DNA of 64,000 bases from Candidatus Binatia bacterium (GCA_963664395.2 OY761159.2:4096001-4160000), one strand, 5' to 3'; positions 46,468-56,719 are shown, counted from the stretch's first letter. Translations and numbers: made by a program. Notes: generated by a model not told the origin, from the letters alone.

Positions 46468-49400
46468 ATGTGGTGGGGTGGTGGTGGGAGGTGGTTTGTG
46501 GCACTGGGTATCAAGACGGTCCTTCGCTCGCTACGAGTGATGGGAGAGCAGGGGAGACCCCCCGTCTCCCTGGGTGTGAAAAGACATCAGCCCAATTCGG
46601 CATTCCGGGCTGAGAAACAAGGCCGGGCTCATTCGGCCAGAGATGTGACGGCGCGGCGCGCCTCACCCTCACTCCCTTCAATTAACATATTTGGCCCTAT
46701 CTGCCCGCTGCTACGCGCGTGGCTGCTGGGGGTGCTCCTGTTGTTGGGCGGGTCCGTCCACGCCCAGGAAACAGAGAACCAGCCACCGGTGGTGGAATAT
46801 CAGCTGTTTCCCGAGTGGCTGCGGATGGGAGTGTCGGATGCGGTGTCGGTAGGGTATGGGTTCGAGGATCCGGACGACGACCCGTTGACCTATACGGCAA
46901 GCTCGGACAACGAGGCGGTCGTCGAAGTAGAGAGCGTGATGGATAATGTCGTGACGCTCATGCCAAAGGTTATCGGCACGGCAACCATCACAGTGACGGC
47001 GACCGACACGGGTGGGTCAAACACCAGCGTGGAACAGGATTTCACGGTGACGGTCCTGCGCAACTACGACACCGACAGTGACGGACTGATCGAAATCACA
47101 ACCCTGGCGCAGCTTGACGCCATACGCCATGATCTGGATGGGGACAGCAGACCGGCATACGGTACAGACACGGCGTACGCCGAGGCGTTCCTCGAGGGGG
47201 GGGTGACCGAGCGGGGGAGGCTCACCTGCAGCGGTGCCTGCAAGGGATATGAATTGAAGGCAGACCTCGACTTCTTCGACACCAACGAGGATGGCCAAGT
47301 CGATACGAACGATGACACCAACGGGGACGGTCAGGTCGATGCGGAAGACAACACTACCTACTGGAACGAGGGCGCCGGCTGGATGCCTATCGGCGAGGAC
47401 GGCGCGTTCTCGACGACCTTCGACGGCAACGGACACACCATCCGCAACTTGTTTATCAAGCGGGAGGACGCTTTCGCCACAGGATTAGCGGTGGGATTAT
47501 TCAACCAGATCGACTCGCCAGGCGAGCTGCGCAATGTCGGAGTGATTGATGTCGATGTAACGGGCGGAAAGCTCGTTGTGGGCGGGCTGGTTGGATCGAT
47601 CAGCAGCGGCGGCAGCATCACCGCCAGCTATGTCACCGGTCGGGTGGTGGGAATGCACAATATAGTCGGCGGGCTGGCCGGAGCGAACAACAGCGGTAGC
47701 ATCACCGCCAGCTATTTCACCGGGCACGTGGAGGGTAAGGGCACCGCGGTCGGCGGGCTGGCCGGAACAAGCAGCGGCCGCATCACCGACAGCTATGCCA
47801 CCGGCCAGGTGGTGGCGAATTCCCATGCCGGCGGGCTGGTCGGAATAAGCAGCGGCCACATCACTTCTAGTTACTCCACGGCCTGTGTGGTGGTGGGCAA
47901 CAACGATGCCGGCGGCCTGATCGGAGCGAACAGAGGCAGCATCACCTCCAGCTATGCCACCGGGCCCGTGGCGGGAAGGACCCGGGTCGGCGGGCTGGTC
48001 GGATGGAATGAGGGCAGCAACAGTAGCATTACTGCCAGCTATGCCACGGGCCATGTGATGGGTAATACCTGGGTCGGCGGACTGGTCGGGAGCAATGAGG
48101 GAACCATCACCGCCAGCTATTGGGATACGGATACCTCCGGGAGGGACGTGGGAGTCGGTACGGACGATGCGGACGATAACGGCATCATTGACGGCACGGA
48201 ATCGCAAACAGCCGGCGTGGCGGGCAAGACCACGGCGCAGTTGCAGGAACCCACAGACTACACCGGTATTTATGACACCTGGAACGACATGGATCTGGAT
48301 GGCGACGGCAATAACAACGCCCCTTGGGACTTCGGGGAAGACGACGAATATCCGGTGCTGCTGGTGGATTTCGACGGGGATGAGACGGCGACCTGGCAGG
48401 AGTTCGGCTATCAGTTTCGAGAAAGCATGGTGCTGACGGCGACGATGCCTCTCGAAGGCGTGGCTCGGGTGGACTTGGCGTGGACCGAGGTAGCGGTGGA
48501 TCACTGGGACCCCGAACCGGACGTGACCTACATCCTTTTGCGCGACGACGGGACCACCGTCGAGACCCTGTCGGAGAACACAGCGGCAGGTGACTACTCC
48601 GACCTCAGTGTGGTCCCCGGTTCCACCTACACCTATCGGGTAGCGGTCGTCGTGATGGGTAGCGAAACGACATGCACCGGAGTGAGTGTCACCATACCAG
48701 CAGACGCGAACCGACACCCGCAGGTGTCAGAGGAGTTAGACGACCTGCCGTTGCAAGTGGGGCAGCCGGATTACGAAGTGGATGTAGATGAAGTATTTGA
48801 GGACCCAGACGGCGATACGTTGACCTACGGGGCAACCTCGTCCGCCGATACCGTCGTCGAAGTAGTAAGCGTGACAGGGACCATGGTGACGCTCCGGCCA
48901 CTAGCCGTCGGTACGGCGACTATCACGGTAACGGTGACCGACACGGGTGGATTGAGCGCGACGCAGCAGTTCCTGGTGACAGTCACGTCGCCACCGCCAC
49001 CGGATACGAACACGCCGCCACCGGATACGAACACGCCGCCACCGGATACGAACACGCCGCCACCGGATACGAACACGCCGCCACCGGATACGAACACGCC
49101 GCCACCGGATACGAACACGCCGCCACCGGATACGAACACGCCGCCACCGGATACGAACACGCCGCCACCGGATACGAACACGCCGCCACCGGATACGAAC
49201 ACGCCGCCACCGGATACGAACACGCCGCCACCGGATACGAACACGCCGCCACCGGATACGAACACGCCGCCACCGGATACGAACACGCCGCCACCGGATA
49301 CGAACACGCCGCCGCCTAACAGCGGCTCTCTCGGTCCTGGAAGCAGGAGTGTTAGCAGAGCCTCTACTCAACGCTCGCCGGCCGGACACTTGGAGATTCC

Positions 49401-50271
49401 GGGGCCAAACTCCGTCCAGAGTGGCATCGGGGTCATTTCGGGCTGGATCTGTGAGGCTAAAACGGTGGAGATTGAGGTGGAGATTGACGGTGACACCCAC
49501 CGCCTGCCAGCGGCCTACGGAACCGACCGGGCCGACACGAAACGAGAGTGTGGCGACATGGACAACGGCTTTGGGCTGTTGTTCAACTGGAACCTGCTCG
49601 GCGATGGCGAGCATACGGTCGCGGTCCTGGTTGACAGGAATCCGTGGCGGCGGCTCAGGGTGCGGGTGACAACGCTGGGTGAGGAGTTTGTTAAGGACGT
49701 GGCGGGGATGTGTGAGGCGGTGGACTTTCCGCATACGGGCAAGGCGGTGACGCTGGTGTGGCAGGAAGCGCAACAGAATTTCGTCATTACGGATGGGAGT
49801 GAGCCGCCGGTAGGCGACCCCGCGCTGAGGGGTGAGCCGCTGGGCTTTCTGGAGAACCCGGCGCCGAACTCCTTCCAGAGTGGCATTGGGGTCATTTCGG
49901 GCTGGATCTGTGAGGCCAAAACGGTGGACATTGAGATTAACGGCACCCACCGCCTGATGGCGGCCTACGGCACCGACCGAGCCGACACGGAGTATACGGA
50001 GGAGGGTGAGGAGCTCTGCGGGGACACGGACAACGGCTTCGGGCTGTTGTTCAACTGGAACCTGCTCGACGCCGGTGAGCATACGGTCGTGGCCCTGGTT
50101 GATGGGGAGCCGTGGCGGCGGGCCACGGTGCGGGTGACAACGCTGGGTGAGGAGTTTGTTAAGGACGTGGCGGGGATGTGTGAGGTAGCGGCCTTTCCGA
50201 GTCCGGGCGAAAGCGTGACGCTGCGATGGCAGGAGGCCAAGCAGAACTTTGTGATCACAGCGATAGAGTAG
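46468..50271 (+). CDS. Large secreted/surface protein: two Ig/cadherin-like domains, GLUG repeats, FN3-like domain, Pro-rich tandem linker, duplicated C-terminal domain (true start probably downstream, e.g. GTG 46645)
   Basis: Signal LLGVLLLLGGSVHA|QE; F.DPD.D.LTY.A.S x2; VGGLVG/ITASYATG repeats; D.N.DG motifs; (PPPDTNT)15; SGIGVISGWICEA domain x2. Confidence 0.88.
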   Translation: MWWGGGGRWFVALGIKTVLRSLRVMGEQGRPPVSLGVKRHQPNSAFRAEKQGRAHSARDVTARRASPSLPSINIFGPICPLLRAWLLGVLLLLGGSVHAQETENQPPVVEYQLFPEWLRMGVSDAVSVGYGFEDPDDDPLTYTASSDNEAVVEVESVMDNVVTLMPKVIGTATITVTATDTGGSNTSVEQDFTVTVLRNYDTDSDGLIEITTLAQLDAIRHDLDGDSRPAYGTDTAYAEAFLEGGVTERGRLTCSGACKGYELKADLDFFDTNEDGQVDTNDDTNGDGQVDAEDNTTYWNEGAGWMPIGEDGAFSTTFDGNGHTIRNLFIKREDAFATGLAVGLFNQIDSPGELRNVGVIDVDVTGGKLVVGGLVGSISSGGSITASYVTGRVVGMHNIVGGLAGANNSGSITASYFTGHVEGKGTAVGGLAGTSSGRITDSYATGQVVANSHAGGLVGISSGHITSSYSTACVVVGNNDAGGLIGANRGSITSSYATGPVAGRTRVGGLVGWNEGSNSSITASYATGHVMGNTWVGGLVGSNEGTITASYWDTDTSGRDVGVGTDDADDNGIIDGTESQTAGVAGKTTAQLQEPTDYTGIYDTWNDMDLDGDGNNNAPWDFGEDDEYPVLLVDFDGDETATWQEFGYQFRESMVLTATMPLEGVARVDLAWTEVAVDHWDPEPDVTYILLRDDGTTVETLSENTAAGDYSDLSVVPGSTYTYRVAVVVMGSETTCTGVSVTIPADANRHPQVSEELDDLPLQVGQPDYEVDVDEVFEDPDGDTLTYGATSSADTVVEVVSVTGTMVTLRPLAVGTATITVTVTDTGGLSATQQFLVTVTSPPPPDTNTPPPDTNTPPPDTNTPPPDTNTPPPDTNTPPPDTNTPPPDTNTPPPDTNTPPPDTNTPPPDTNTPPPDTNTPPPDTNTPPPDTNTPPPDTNTPPPDTNTPPPNSGSLGPGSRSVSRASTQRSPAGHLEIPGPNSVQSGIGVISGWICEAKTVEIEVEIDGDTHRLPAAYGTDRADTKRECGDMDNGFGLLFNWNLLGDGEHTVAVLVDRNPWRRLRVRVTTLGEEFVKDVAGMCEAVDFPHTGKAVTLVWQEAQQNFVITDGSEPPVGDPALRGEPLGFLENPAPNSFQSGIGVISGWICEAKTVDIEINGTHRLMAAYGTDRADTEYTEEGEELCGDTDNGFGLLFNWNLLDAGEHTVVALVDGEPWRRATVRVTTLGEEFVKDVAGMCEVAAFPSPGESVTLRWQEAKQNFVITAIE
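48994..49308 (+). repeat. Perfect 21-bp coding minisatellite, 15 copies
   Basis: ccgccaccggatacgaacacg x15 = 315 bp. Confidence 0.97.
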
Positions 50272-50298
50272 GGGCACCGCACGCGTCGTCGCCCCTAC
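50268..50298. repeat. GTAG-type REP-like palindrome between convergent genes
   Basis: GTAGGGGC-accgcacgcgtcgtc-GCCCCTAC. Confidence 0.65.
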
Positions 50299-50301
50299 GT
50301 C

Positions 50302-50571
50302 CTAGTCTGATTCTCCAGGTGGGGGCAAGGGAATGGCTTCGTCAATCAACATGACCGGGATATCGTCTCGAATGGGATAGCAATAGCGCTGGTCTTCACG
50401 GACCAGGGCCGCGTCCATTGCTGCGGAGACAACCTCGCCCGCCCGGTTTTTGAGGGTGCCGTTTTGAATATATGTATTGAGGTTTTCTACCAGCTCGGTT
50501 GGTGCCAACACCACGGGCTGCTTGGTTTCTGGACATACCAGGATAGCCAGCAATTCTTGACTAACGGCCAT
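50302..50571 (-). CDS. Trm112-family protein
   Basis: LL.ILVCPETK, YPIRDDIPVMLIDEA. Confidence 0.88.
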   Translation of the reverse strand: MAVSQELLAILVCPETKQPVVLAPTELVENLNTYIQNGTLKNRAGEVVSAAMDAALVREDQRYCYPIRDDIPVMLIDEAIPLPPPGESD

Positions 50572-52021
50572 GCGCGTTCTCTCCTTCAGGAATAGTGTCG
50601 ATAGATAGAATGACCTCAAACAGCACTTGCACGGCGTCACGTAACGCCGCAAGAGGGATTCGCTCGTTCAGACCATGCACGCCGCGAGCATCTTCCGATT
50701 TGAGAGCTAAACCTGAAAAGCCATAACTGACAACGCCTTTTTCTCTGAAATAGTGCGTGTCGGTGAAGCCACCCAAGACGCTTGGGAAGACCGGCGCGTG
50801 CGGGTCTCTGTGGGCGGCGACGGAACGGATGGCCTCGAAGAGCGGCGTATCCGGGTCTGAGGCAACGGAAGGAAAGTATAACAGAGTTGAGAACTGGATA
50901 TTGGGATCATCCACCAACTGCTTGAGGTCTGCGATGAATTTTTGCGGGTCTTCCCCCGGCAGGAGGCGGCAATCAAGGTGGGCCGAGGCGGATGCCGGCA
51001 CGACGTTGGTTTTCGGGCTGCCGTTAAGAACAGTGAGTGATATGGTATTCCGAACCAGCGCATTATGGCCCGGCGTTGTTGTAAATGTCTTACGAAAAGC
51101 CTCATCCTTGAGCGCGTGTGCAAGCGCTCGGTAGTGCTTCGCCGTTTCCTCATCCTCGTGTTTTGCTAAGGCACTAAAATACGTCTGGACCGCCGGCACG
51201 ACCTTGAAAGCTGTCTCATAGCGACGAATTTTCTCTAACGCCCGCACGAGGCGATTCACGGCCGTTTCAGGCACCGGACTCGACCCATGCCCTGCCGGTC
51301 CCGTCGCTTTGAGCGCTATCCAACACGGCGCTTTTTCCGCAACTGAGACGCGATAAGAGCGCTTGCCATTGCGCTGTCGAATACCGCCCCCTTCGGTCAG
51401 GAGAAACTCGGCGTCTGCAATGAGGTCGAAATGCTTGTCAACAAACCAGCCAGCGCCTTTTCTCCCACCGACCTCTTCATCTCCTGTACCGAGAAAAATA
51501 ATGTCACGTTCAAACGCCAGGCCACTGCGTTTGAGTAAAGCCATAGCCAGAAATTGGATGACGCTGACGCCTTTACAATCGATCGCTCCGCGCCCGTGGA
51601 CGTAGCCATCTTTGACAACCCCACCAAACGGGTCGAACTCCCATTCCGCTCGGTCAGCCGGAACAACGTCCAAATGATGCAGGAGGATGAGCGCTTTTTT
51701 CTTCCCGTTTCCTTTGAGCCGGCCATAGACAATGCCGCGGCCCGGCTCCGACTCGTAGACCTGGGCCTCGATTCCTTCCTGGCTGAGGATTTTTTGCCAG
51801 AACTTTGCGGCGGCAGTCTCATTCCCCGGCGGGTTGGAGGTATCAATTTGTAGGACTTGGCTGAGGAGTTCTCCCGCTTCATTTTCAACAGCCGGCCAAT
51901 CGACTTTCTGGGTCTCTGCATGCAGGGGAGGGTGAAAGGTGAGCTGAGATATGAAGAGAAGCGAGAGCCAGAACCCGGCTCGCCTGATCTTTTGGTTATC
52001 TGTCGGTATGAATTCCGTCAC
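50561..52021 (-). CDS. Exported M20/M25/M40 metallo-hydrolase
   Basis: IDTSNPPGNE, HLDVVPA, GRGAIDCK, DEEVGG, GHGS, HGLNERI; GTG start after GAAAGGGG. Confidence 0.9.
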   Translation of the reverse strand: MTEFIPTDNQKIRRAGFWLSLLFISQLTFHPPLHAETQKVDWPAVENEAGELLSQVLQIDTSNPPGNETAAAKFWQKILSQEGIEAQVYESEPGRGIVYGRLKGNGKKKALILLHHLDVVPADRAEWEFDPFGGVVKDGYVHGRGAIDCKGVSVIQFLAMALLKRSGLAFERDIIFLGTGDEEVGGRKGAGWFVDKHFDLIADAEFLLTEGGGIRQRNGKRSYRVSVAEKAPCWIALKATGPAGHGSSPVPETAVNRLVRALEKIRRYETAFKVVPAVQTYFSALAKHEDEETAKHYRALAHALKDEAFRKTFTTTPGHNALVRNTISLTVLNGSPKTNVVPASASAHLDCRLLPGEDPQKFIADLKQLVDDPNIQFSTLLYFPSVASDPDTPLFEAIRSVAAHRDPHAPVFPSVLGGFTDTHYFREKGVVSYGFSGLALKSEDARGVHGLNERIPLAALRDAVQVLFEVILSIDTIPEGENAHGR

Positions 52022-52221
52022 ACTTCCCCTTTCATGCTCTATACATGGGATACGCATCCCTCAGGTGTTCCGCGCTAGATATGTCACACCGAAGGGACTT
52101 CTTCAACGGCGGAGAGTGGACGGAGAGTGGGCGAAGAGTGACCGGGCCGGGTGGCTTGCCTTGTTCCGGCTGAAGAAGCCCGATACAAACAGACCCCAAA
52201 ACGACAAGAGAAGGACGGGCC

Positions 52222-52986
52222 ATGAGCGGACACAGTGTATTCGATATAACCGGTAAGAGGGGGTATGTGACCGGCGGCGGCTCGGGACTTGGGCGAGCCA
52301 TTGCCCTTGGCATGGCCGAGGCCGGCGCGGCGGTTGTGGTGAGCGATATTAATCGGACAGCCGCGGAGCAGGTCGCTGAGGAGATTCGCGCTCAGCAGGG
52401 CAACGCTCGTGCCCTGGAGATTGATGTCTCGCAAAAAAATCAGGTTGAAAGGCTCATTCGCTCGACGGTTGCTGAGCTTGGCGGACTGGACTTTGCCTTT
52501 AATAATGCCGGCATCCTCAAACTTGGGAAACCGGAAGAGATAAGCGAAGCGGATTGGCAAGAGGAGCTCAAGGTCAATTTGACCGGAGTTTTCCTGTGTT
52601 GCCAGGAAGCGGGGCGCTATATGATCGAGCATGGCGGCGGGAAAATTGTGAATACTGCCTCTATTTCCGGCTTGATTGTGAACTCAGGGCTGACCTATTC
52701 GACCGCCAAGGCAGGTGTCATTCAGCTCACCCGGGTGCTGGCCATGCGGTGGGCGAGACATGGCGTATATGTGAATTGTTTCAGCCCCGGCTATATCCGC
52801 ACCGGGATGACGACACCGCATCTCACTCGGCCTGAGGTCGAAAAAGAAATGCTGCGCCAAACCCCGTTGCGCCGTTTGGGTGAACCGCATGATCTGGTCG
52901 GTGTTGCCCTGTTCCTCGCGTCCCCGGCTTCAGACTTTGTGACAGGTCAGAACATTATTGTTGATGGTGGGGTCACGTTGACGTAA
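52222..52986 (+). CDS. SDR-family oxidoreductase
   Basis: TGGGSGLG, NNAG, YSTAK, VN..SPG. Confidence 0.93.
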   Translation: MSGHSVFDITGKRGYVTGGGSGLGRAIALGMAEAGAAVVVSDINRTAAEQVAEEIRAQQGNARALEIDVSQKNQVERLIRSTVAELGGLDFAFNNAGILKLGKPEEISEADWQEELKVNLTGVFLCCQEAGRYMIEHGGGKIVNTASISGLIVNSGLTYSTAKAGVIQLTRVLAMRWARHGVYVNCFSPGYIRTGMTTPHLTRPEVEKEMLRQTPLRRLGEPHDLVGVALFLASPASDFVTGQNIIVDGGVTLT

Positions 52987-53094
52987 TGCTCCCACTTCCT
53001 GACCCGCAAAAGTCCTTGTTCAGCCTGGGAGGAAATGGTAGATAGCAGACAGATTGAAAATGTGGCTGACACCCTGTCGGCGAGGGAGGCTGGT

Positions 53095-54900
53095 ATGCCA
53101 AGCGCAACGCTTTTACGCGTAGATCTCAGCACGAGAGAGGTCAAAAAAGAGGTGATCCCGGAGCAAATCCTCCGAGATTATATTGGTGGACGTGGGGTGG
53201 GCACAAAGCTCCTCATGGATAATATGGACCCACGGGTTGATGCGCTCGCCCCGGCGAACCCACTTATTTTTGCCACCGGCCCGGTCACGGGCACCTATGC
53301 GCCAACCGGAGGGCGTTACATGGTCGTGACCAAGTCGCCTCTCACCGGAGGAGTGGCCTCGTCAAACTCGGGTGGTTATTGGGGGCCGGCTTTACGCTAC
53401 GCCGGCTATGAATACGTAATGATCGAAGGCGCGGCCAAAGAGCCCGTATACCTGTATATCAACGACGACACGGTCGAGGTCCGTGACGCCCGGCATCTGT
53501 GGGGCAAAATCGTTGATGACACGGAAAACATGGTTCGTGAAGCCACCCACCCTGAGGCGCGGGTGGCCTGCATTGGCCCTGGTGGAGAAAACCTTGCCCG
53601 GACCGCTTGTGTCATGAATGACAAAGGCCGGGCCGCCGGTCGTTCCGGCGTTGGTGCGGTCATGGGATCAAAAAAGCTCAAGGCTATTGCCGTGTTCGGC
53701 TCAAAAGGGCTGAAGATTGCGAATCCTGAAGGCTTTACGAAAGCGGTTCTACAGGGCCGGGATAAACTCGTGGCAGGGCCAACGACCAGCGGGCTGACCA
53801 TGCTCGGCACCGCGGGGACGGTCTCGTATATGAATATGGTTGGCATGCTGCCGACCAATAATTTTCAGCAGGGCGTGTTTGCCGAGGCTGAGGCAGTCGA
53901 TGGTCTGGTTGTGAAAGAGCAGTTCATGACCCGTAACCGTGGCTGCCATAGCTGCATGATTCATTGCGGTCGGGTCACCAAAATATCCGGCCATGGTCAG
54001 TTTGATGGCCAGGGTGAAGGGCCGGAATATGAGACGATCTATGGTCTGGGCACAGACTGCGGTGTGGGGAATCTGGCCGCAGTGATTAAGGCTAACTATC
54101 TGTGCAATGAATACGGCCTTGATACCTTGGAAGCTGGCTGTGCTATTGCCACAGCAATGGAGTTGGCAGAAAAAGGTTATCTGCCCGAAAGCGATGTTGG
54201 CTTTCCCCTCAAGTTCGGCGACCCTGCGGCCGTCATTCAATTGCTTGAAGCCCAGGCGTATCGAACCGGGACTATTGGTAACCTGCTCGCGGAAGGTGGC
54301 TACCGTTTAGCCGCACACTATGGTCATCCTGAGTTGTTCATGGGCTCGAAAAAGCAAAGCTTTGCCGCGTACGACCCGCGCGGCTCAGTCGGTATGGGGT
54401 TGGCCTACGCCACCTCGAACCGGGGGGCGTGTCATCTGCGGGGCTATACGGTCTCGGTTGAACACTTTGGCAACCCGGTCAAGCTTGATCCCTTTACAAC
54501 TGAAGAAAAACCATATTGGCTGAGTGTGATGCAAAACACCACATCCTTTGTGGACTCGTCAGGCCTGTGCCTCTTCTCCACATTTGACATGGACCCCGGA
54601 ACGGATGTCATGGCCATGGTGAGTGAGGTGTGGGGTGAGCAGCTAGGCACCCCAGAGGACATGCTGAAAATCGGGGAGCGGGTGTGGAATCTTGAAAGAC
54701 TCTTTAATAACGCCGCCGGCCTTGGTCGGGCCGATGACAGCCTCCCGCCGCGTATTACGTCCGAACCTTTGACCGAGGGGGCAAGCAAAGGCCATGTCGT
54801 TGATCTGGAGCCGATGCTGAATGAATATTACCAACTCAGAGGTTGGGATGAGACCGGGCAACCGACGGCGGCGAAACTCCAAGAGTTAGGGCTGGGCTAA
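53095..54900 (+). CDS. aor: Aldehyde:ferredoxin oxidoreductase (tungsten AOR family)
   Basis: YIGGRG, KSPLTG...SNSGG, CIGP.GE, GR.G.GAVMGSK.LKAI, CHSCMIHC, EGPEYET, SNRGACH, YY.LRGWD. Confidence 0.92.
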   Translation: MPSATLLRVDLSTREVKKEVIPEQILRDYIGGRGVGTKLLMDNMDPRVDALAPANPLIFATGPVTGTYAPTGGRYMVVTKSPLTGGVASSNSGGYWGPALRYAGYEYVMIEGAAKEPVYLYINDDTVEVRDARHLWGKIVDDTENMVREATHPEARVACIGPGGENLARTACVMNDKGRAAGRSGVGAVMGSKKLKAIAVFGSKGLKIANPEGFTKAVLQGRDKLVAGPTTSGLTMLGTAGTVSYMNMVGMLPTNNFQQGVFAEAEAVDGLVVKEQFMTRNRGCHSCMIHCGRVTKISGHGQFDGQGEGPEYETIYGLGTDCGVGNLAAVIKANYLCNEYGLDTLEAGCAIATAMELAEKGYLPESDVGFPLKFGDPAAVIQLLEAQAYRTGTIGNLLAEGGYRLAAHYGHPELFMGSKKQSFAAYDPRGSVGMGLAYATSNRGACHLRGYTVSVEHFGNPVKLDPFTTEEKPYWLSVMQNTTSFVDSSGLCLFSTFDMDPGTDVMAMVSEVWGEQLGTPEDMLKIGERVWNLERLFNNAAGLGRADDSLPPRITSEPLTEGASKGHVVDLEPMLNEYYQLRGWDETGQPTAAKLQELGLG

Positions 54901-54928
54901 GCCGGCCACGCTCTCAGTAAATCGAATG

Positions 54929-54960
54929 AAAAGGGGACTCTGTTTGAGCCCCCTTTTTTT
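54929..54960. terminator. Bidirectional intrinsic terminator between aor and rng
   Basis: AAAAGGGGACTC-tgttt-GAGCCCCCTTTTTTT. Confidence 0.8.
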
Positions 54961-54977
54961 GACGACCACGCTCGTGG

Positions 54978-56714
54978 TCAGGATAATGCCGCGTCTGGCT
55001 CACGGTCGACTGCTTGGGGCGCTCGTTTCGGTGCGCGACGTTTCCTTGGTATTGTCCTCTTCTCCGTACCCGACCTTCTGGGTTTGGCCCTGGGCTTTGG
55101 CCGCTTTTCGGTGATCTCGATTTCATACTGTTCAATATGAAAGTCGGGGGCGGTACGAAAAAAGAAGCGCGCATTGAGCTGAGCCTCAAGGGCATCCAAC
55201 CACTCTCCTTCCTCCCCATATAAAAAGGTAAGGACGTCTGGATGGGTATGGACTGTGACGGCTTGTGTGTTTGACTGAAGCGACACTTCTTTGTGTAACT
55301 GGCGGATAAGATTGTACGTAATAGTGGGAACCGACTGTCTATGGCCCCGGCCGTCACAATACGAGCAGGGAGCGCACAGTTGCTGCTGGAGACTCTCCCG
55401 GGTACGTTTGCGCGTCATCTGAACCAGCCCGAGTTCACTGATCTTACGCATATTGCTGCGGGTCTTATCCTTCTTCAGGGCTGTGCGGAGTGCTTCTGTG
55501 ACCTTGGTGCGGTTGGCCGCTCGCTCCATATCGATAAAGTCAACGATAATGAGGCCGCCGATATTGCGCAGGCGCAACTGTTCGACCACGACCTGGGCTG
55601 CTTCAAGGTTGGTCTGGAGCATGGTCTCTTCTTGGTTGCGTTTCCCAACAAAGCGACCGGTGTTCACGTCAATCGCGGTGAGCGCTTCCGTATGATCAAT
55701 AACGATATGACCGCCGGATTTGAGGTGGACGCGTCTTTCGAGCGCTTTGGTAATCTGCTGCTCAATTTTGTAGTGCTCAAAGATGGGAGTCTGTTTGTCG
55801 TGGAGCTTCACGCGGCCAGTTAAACGTGGCAGGAAGGTGGTAATGAATTCATTAATGCGTTCGTAATCATTCGCATTATCGATAATGACCTCATTAATAT
55901 CCGGTGTGAATACGTCGCGAATAATACGCAGGATCACATCCATATCGTCATGCACGAGGGTCGGAGCACTGTGCTGCTCGCGTTTTCTGGTGATCCTGCT
56001 CCACAGTTTGAGCAGGAATTTCATGTCATCGTGAATTTCTTTTTTTGTCAGACCCTCACACGCTGTGCGCACAATAAAGCCGCCCTCAGCCGGCCGTAGG
56101 CTTGCGACCGCTTCTCTGAGACGTGTCCGCTCTTTTCCGTCCGCAATGCGCCGGGACACACCAATATGTCCCATGGTCGGTGTATATACCAGCTGCCGTC
56201 CGGGCAGAGAGAGATGCGCGGTGAGTCGGGGACCTTTGGTCCCAATTGGCTCTTTGGCCACTTGGACAAGAATTTCCTGATCCTTTTTCAGCTTTTGCTC
56301 TAGTGGAATGCGCGGCTCTGAACGGGAACGGCGGCGGCCATTTGTGGGTCTTGGCTCGGCATTCGGCGGCGGCTCTTCTTCCTCGCCAGCCTTGCCATCA
56401 GGCTCGGCCAAGTCAAATTCGCTCAGCAGGTCTTCTTCGTCTCGGTCCCGGTCTTCGTTGCCCTCGATCATACCAAGGGGCAACGGGCCGCCAAACACCT
56501 CCGAGGCATGGATGAAGCCGGCTTTTCCAAGTCCGATATCAATAAAAGCCGCTTGCATCCCTGGTAGGACGCGATTCACGCGTCCGAGGTAGATGTTGCC
56601 CGCAATATTACGCTGCTGAGCGCGTTCAATATGAATCTCCACGAGCATATCGTTTTCGAGGAGGGCAACCCGGGCTTCTTGGTGGGTAGAATTAATAATG
56701 ATTCTTTGACGCAC
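54978..56714 (-). CDS. rng: Rne/Rng-family ribonuclease
   Basis: GNIY.GRV..VLPGMQAAF.DIG, VQV.KEPIGTKG.RLT, TEALT.IDVNTG, RLRNIGG.I.VDFIDM, CSYC.GRG. Confidence 0.93.
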   Translation of the reverse strand: MRQRIIINSTHQEARVALLENDMLVEIHIERAQQRNIAGNIYLGRVNRVLPGMQAAFIDIGLGKAGFIHASEVFGGPLPLGMIEGNEDRDRDEEDLLSEFDLAEPDGKAGEEEEPPPNAEPRPTNGRRRSRSEPRIPLEQKLKKDQEILVQVAKEPIGTKGPRLTAHLSLPGRQLVYTPTMGHIGVSRRIADGKERTRLREAVASLRPAEGGFIVRTACEGLTKKEIHDDMKFLLKLWSRITRKREQHSAPTLVHDDMDVILRIIRDVFTPDINEVIIDNANDYERINEFITTFLPRLTGRVKLHDKQTPIFEHYKIEQQITKALERRVHLKSGGHIVIDHTEALTAIDVNTGRFVGKRNQEETMLQTNLEAAQVVVEQLRLRNIGGLIIVDFIDMERAANRTKVTEALRTALKKDKTRSNMRKISELGLVQMTRKRTRESLQQQLCAPCSYCDGRGHRQSVPTITYNLIRQLHKEVSLQSNTQAVTVHTHPDVLTFLYGEEGEWLDALEAQLNARFFFRTAPDFHIEQYEIEITEKRPKPRAKPRRSGTEKRTIPRKRRAPKRAPQAVDREPDAALS

Positions 56715-56719
56715 GAGTA

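Noticed and set aside
48994-49308. Possible CRISPR array
   Set aside because: Head-to-tail identical units with no spacers, in frame within a CDS, and no cas genes in the window.
47497-50277. Long minus-strand ORFs, including RRVRIRW, VFVSGGG and VAACSYP repeats
   Set aside because: Alternate-frame readings of the surface protein and its 21-bp repeat.
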